Part shown: positions 63,166 through 64,000 of the stretch, piece after piece
How positions within the stretch are numbered: the first letter of the stretch is position 1
Layout of the letters: each line of letters begins with the position of its first letter
Source of the DNA: Heptranchias perlo
Taxonomy: Eukaryota
Length of the DNA: 64,000 nucleotides
NCBI RefSeq assembly: GCF_035084215.1
Contig: NC_090360.1
Span: 16,740,001 to 16,804,000 of the forward strand
Direction of reading: 5' to 3'
Program-made: the position numbers and the translations under genes
Notes under the pieces: model-generated
What the model saw: the letters and a program-made list of their open reading frames with translations, nothing else
What the model was told of the DNA's origin: nothing
Databases searched by the model: none

Positions 63166-64000
63166 ATTCCTGGACGGTGAGAAAAGATTTGCTACATATT
63201 TGTTCACAAAGTAACTCCTCGAGATATGTCACTGGGAAGCGGGGATACTGTAGCTTTATTTATTTATTTTTTTTGCAGGGTTTTGTTTTTTTTTTGTGTG
63301 TGTGAGTGAACTGGAGACTAATCTTAAAATGGAATTCATGTTTTTTTTTTACCCTTTCAAATTTAAAGTCAGGGCTTCATTTCAGTAAGTGGTGAATATG
63401 ACAGATCTTTAGAGCTCTGTGTGTTTATTTTTCACGCTGCATAAAATACAAACTTTCTCAAAACGCACTGTTTTGAAGAGATCTATTGTCTCCTTTCAGT
63501 ATTTTTGTTCAAAATTCAGTATATTGTATTTTTAGCCTGGTCAGTGTACAGTAACAGGTTTTGTGCAGCAGGTGAAAAAAGTGATTTGGTAATTACAAAT
63601 TTTCAAAATGCTGCTTCATAGACAATAAATCCTGTCTTTACAAAACTTGAGTACAGTTATTAGGATGTAAAAGGTAATTTGCAACTTATGTAGTGAAACT
63701 TAATGTACATATGAACAGCCTTTCTATTACATTTCAAACATCAATGATTCTAATTATGATTAGCATTTATGAATGAATACAGTGTACAGATTGGGTCTGA
63801 TTTACTTATGCATATGTGGATAGACACTTGATTTCCATGAGCTCAAACATTAAGTTATACAAGATCTCTAGCTGCTTCAATACTATTTGAGGCCCAGATG
63901 CACAAATCTCATGCAGCCAGCTGCAACTCAAAGGTAAAACTACGAGGATTGCTAACACTGGCAGCCAGGAAGACCCTGTAAGAAATGTCTGGTTGTTTTA

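Larger units (their letters stand above)
62380..63180. promoter_or_regulatory. CpG island / probable bidirectional promoter
   Basis: Dense CpG at 62470-62590 and 62930-63110. NFU1 ATG points left; a plus-strand donor acg|gtgaga at 63177 is followed by T-rich intron-like DNA. Confidence 0.7.

Noticed and set aside
62863-63305. Overlapping Arg/Ala/Pro-rich ORFs in several frames
   Set aside because: Product of GC-rich low-complexity CpG-island sequence; no domain similarity.

Overview
Eukaryotic, AT-rich, LINE/SINE-dense vertebrate genomic DNA. The repeat content (CR1 and L2 LINEs, Deu-domain SINEs, LF-SINE-like elements) points to a cartilaginous fish, probably a shark (inference). Two minus-strand spliced genes can be rebuilt by hand. 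The first is the 5' end of a glutamine:fructose-6-phosphate amidotransferase (GFPT/GFAT; coding exons 1-4, 20003 down to 2671, continuing off the left edge). The second is a complete 8-exon NFU1-family Fe-S scaffold gene (62545 down to 27183; 804 nt, 267 aa, intact CxxC). A CpG island at about 62.4-63.2 kb probably also starts a divergent plus-strand transcript. Almost all long ORFs in the supplied track are retroelement remnants. The most notable observations are: both genes may be second, ohnolog-type paralogs rather than GFPT1/NFU1 orthologs; a circularly permuted inverted duplication in NFU1 intron 2; a perfect 39-bp snap-back hairpin at the 5' junction of a young CR1; a candidate 15-nt microexon; a UPRE/HRE motif pair at the GFPT promoter; and a decayed duplicate of the CxxC exon. 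No tRNA, rRNA or CRISPR features were seen. Comparisons to other species are from memory and need database confirmation.
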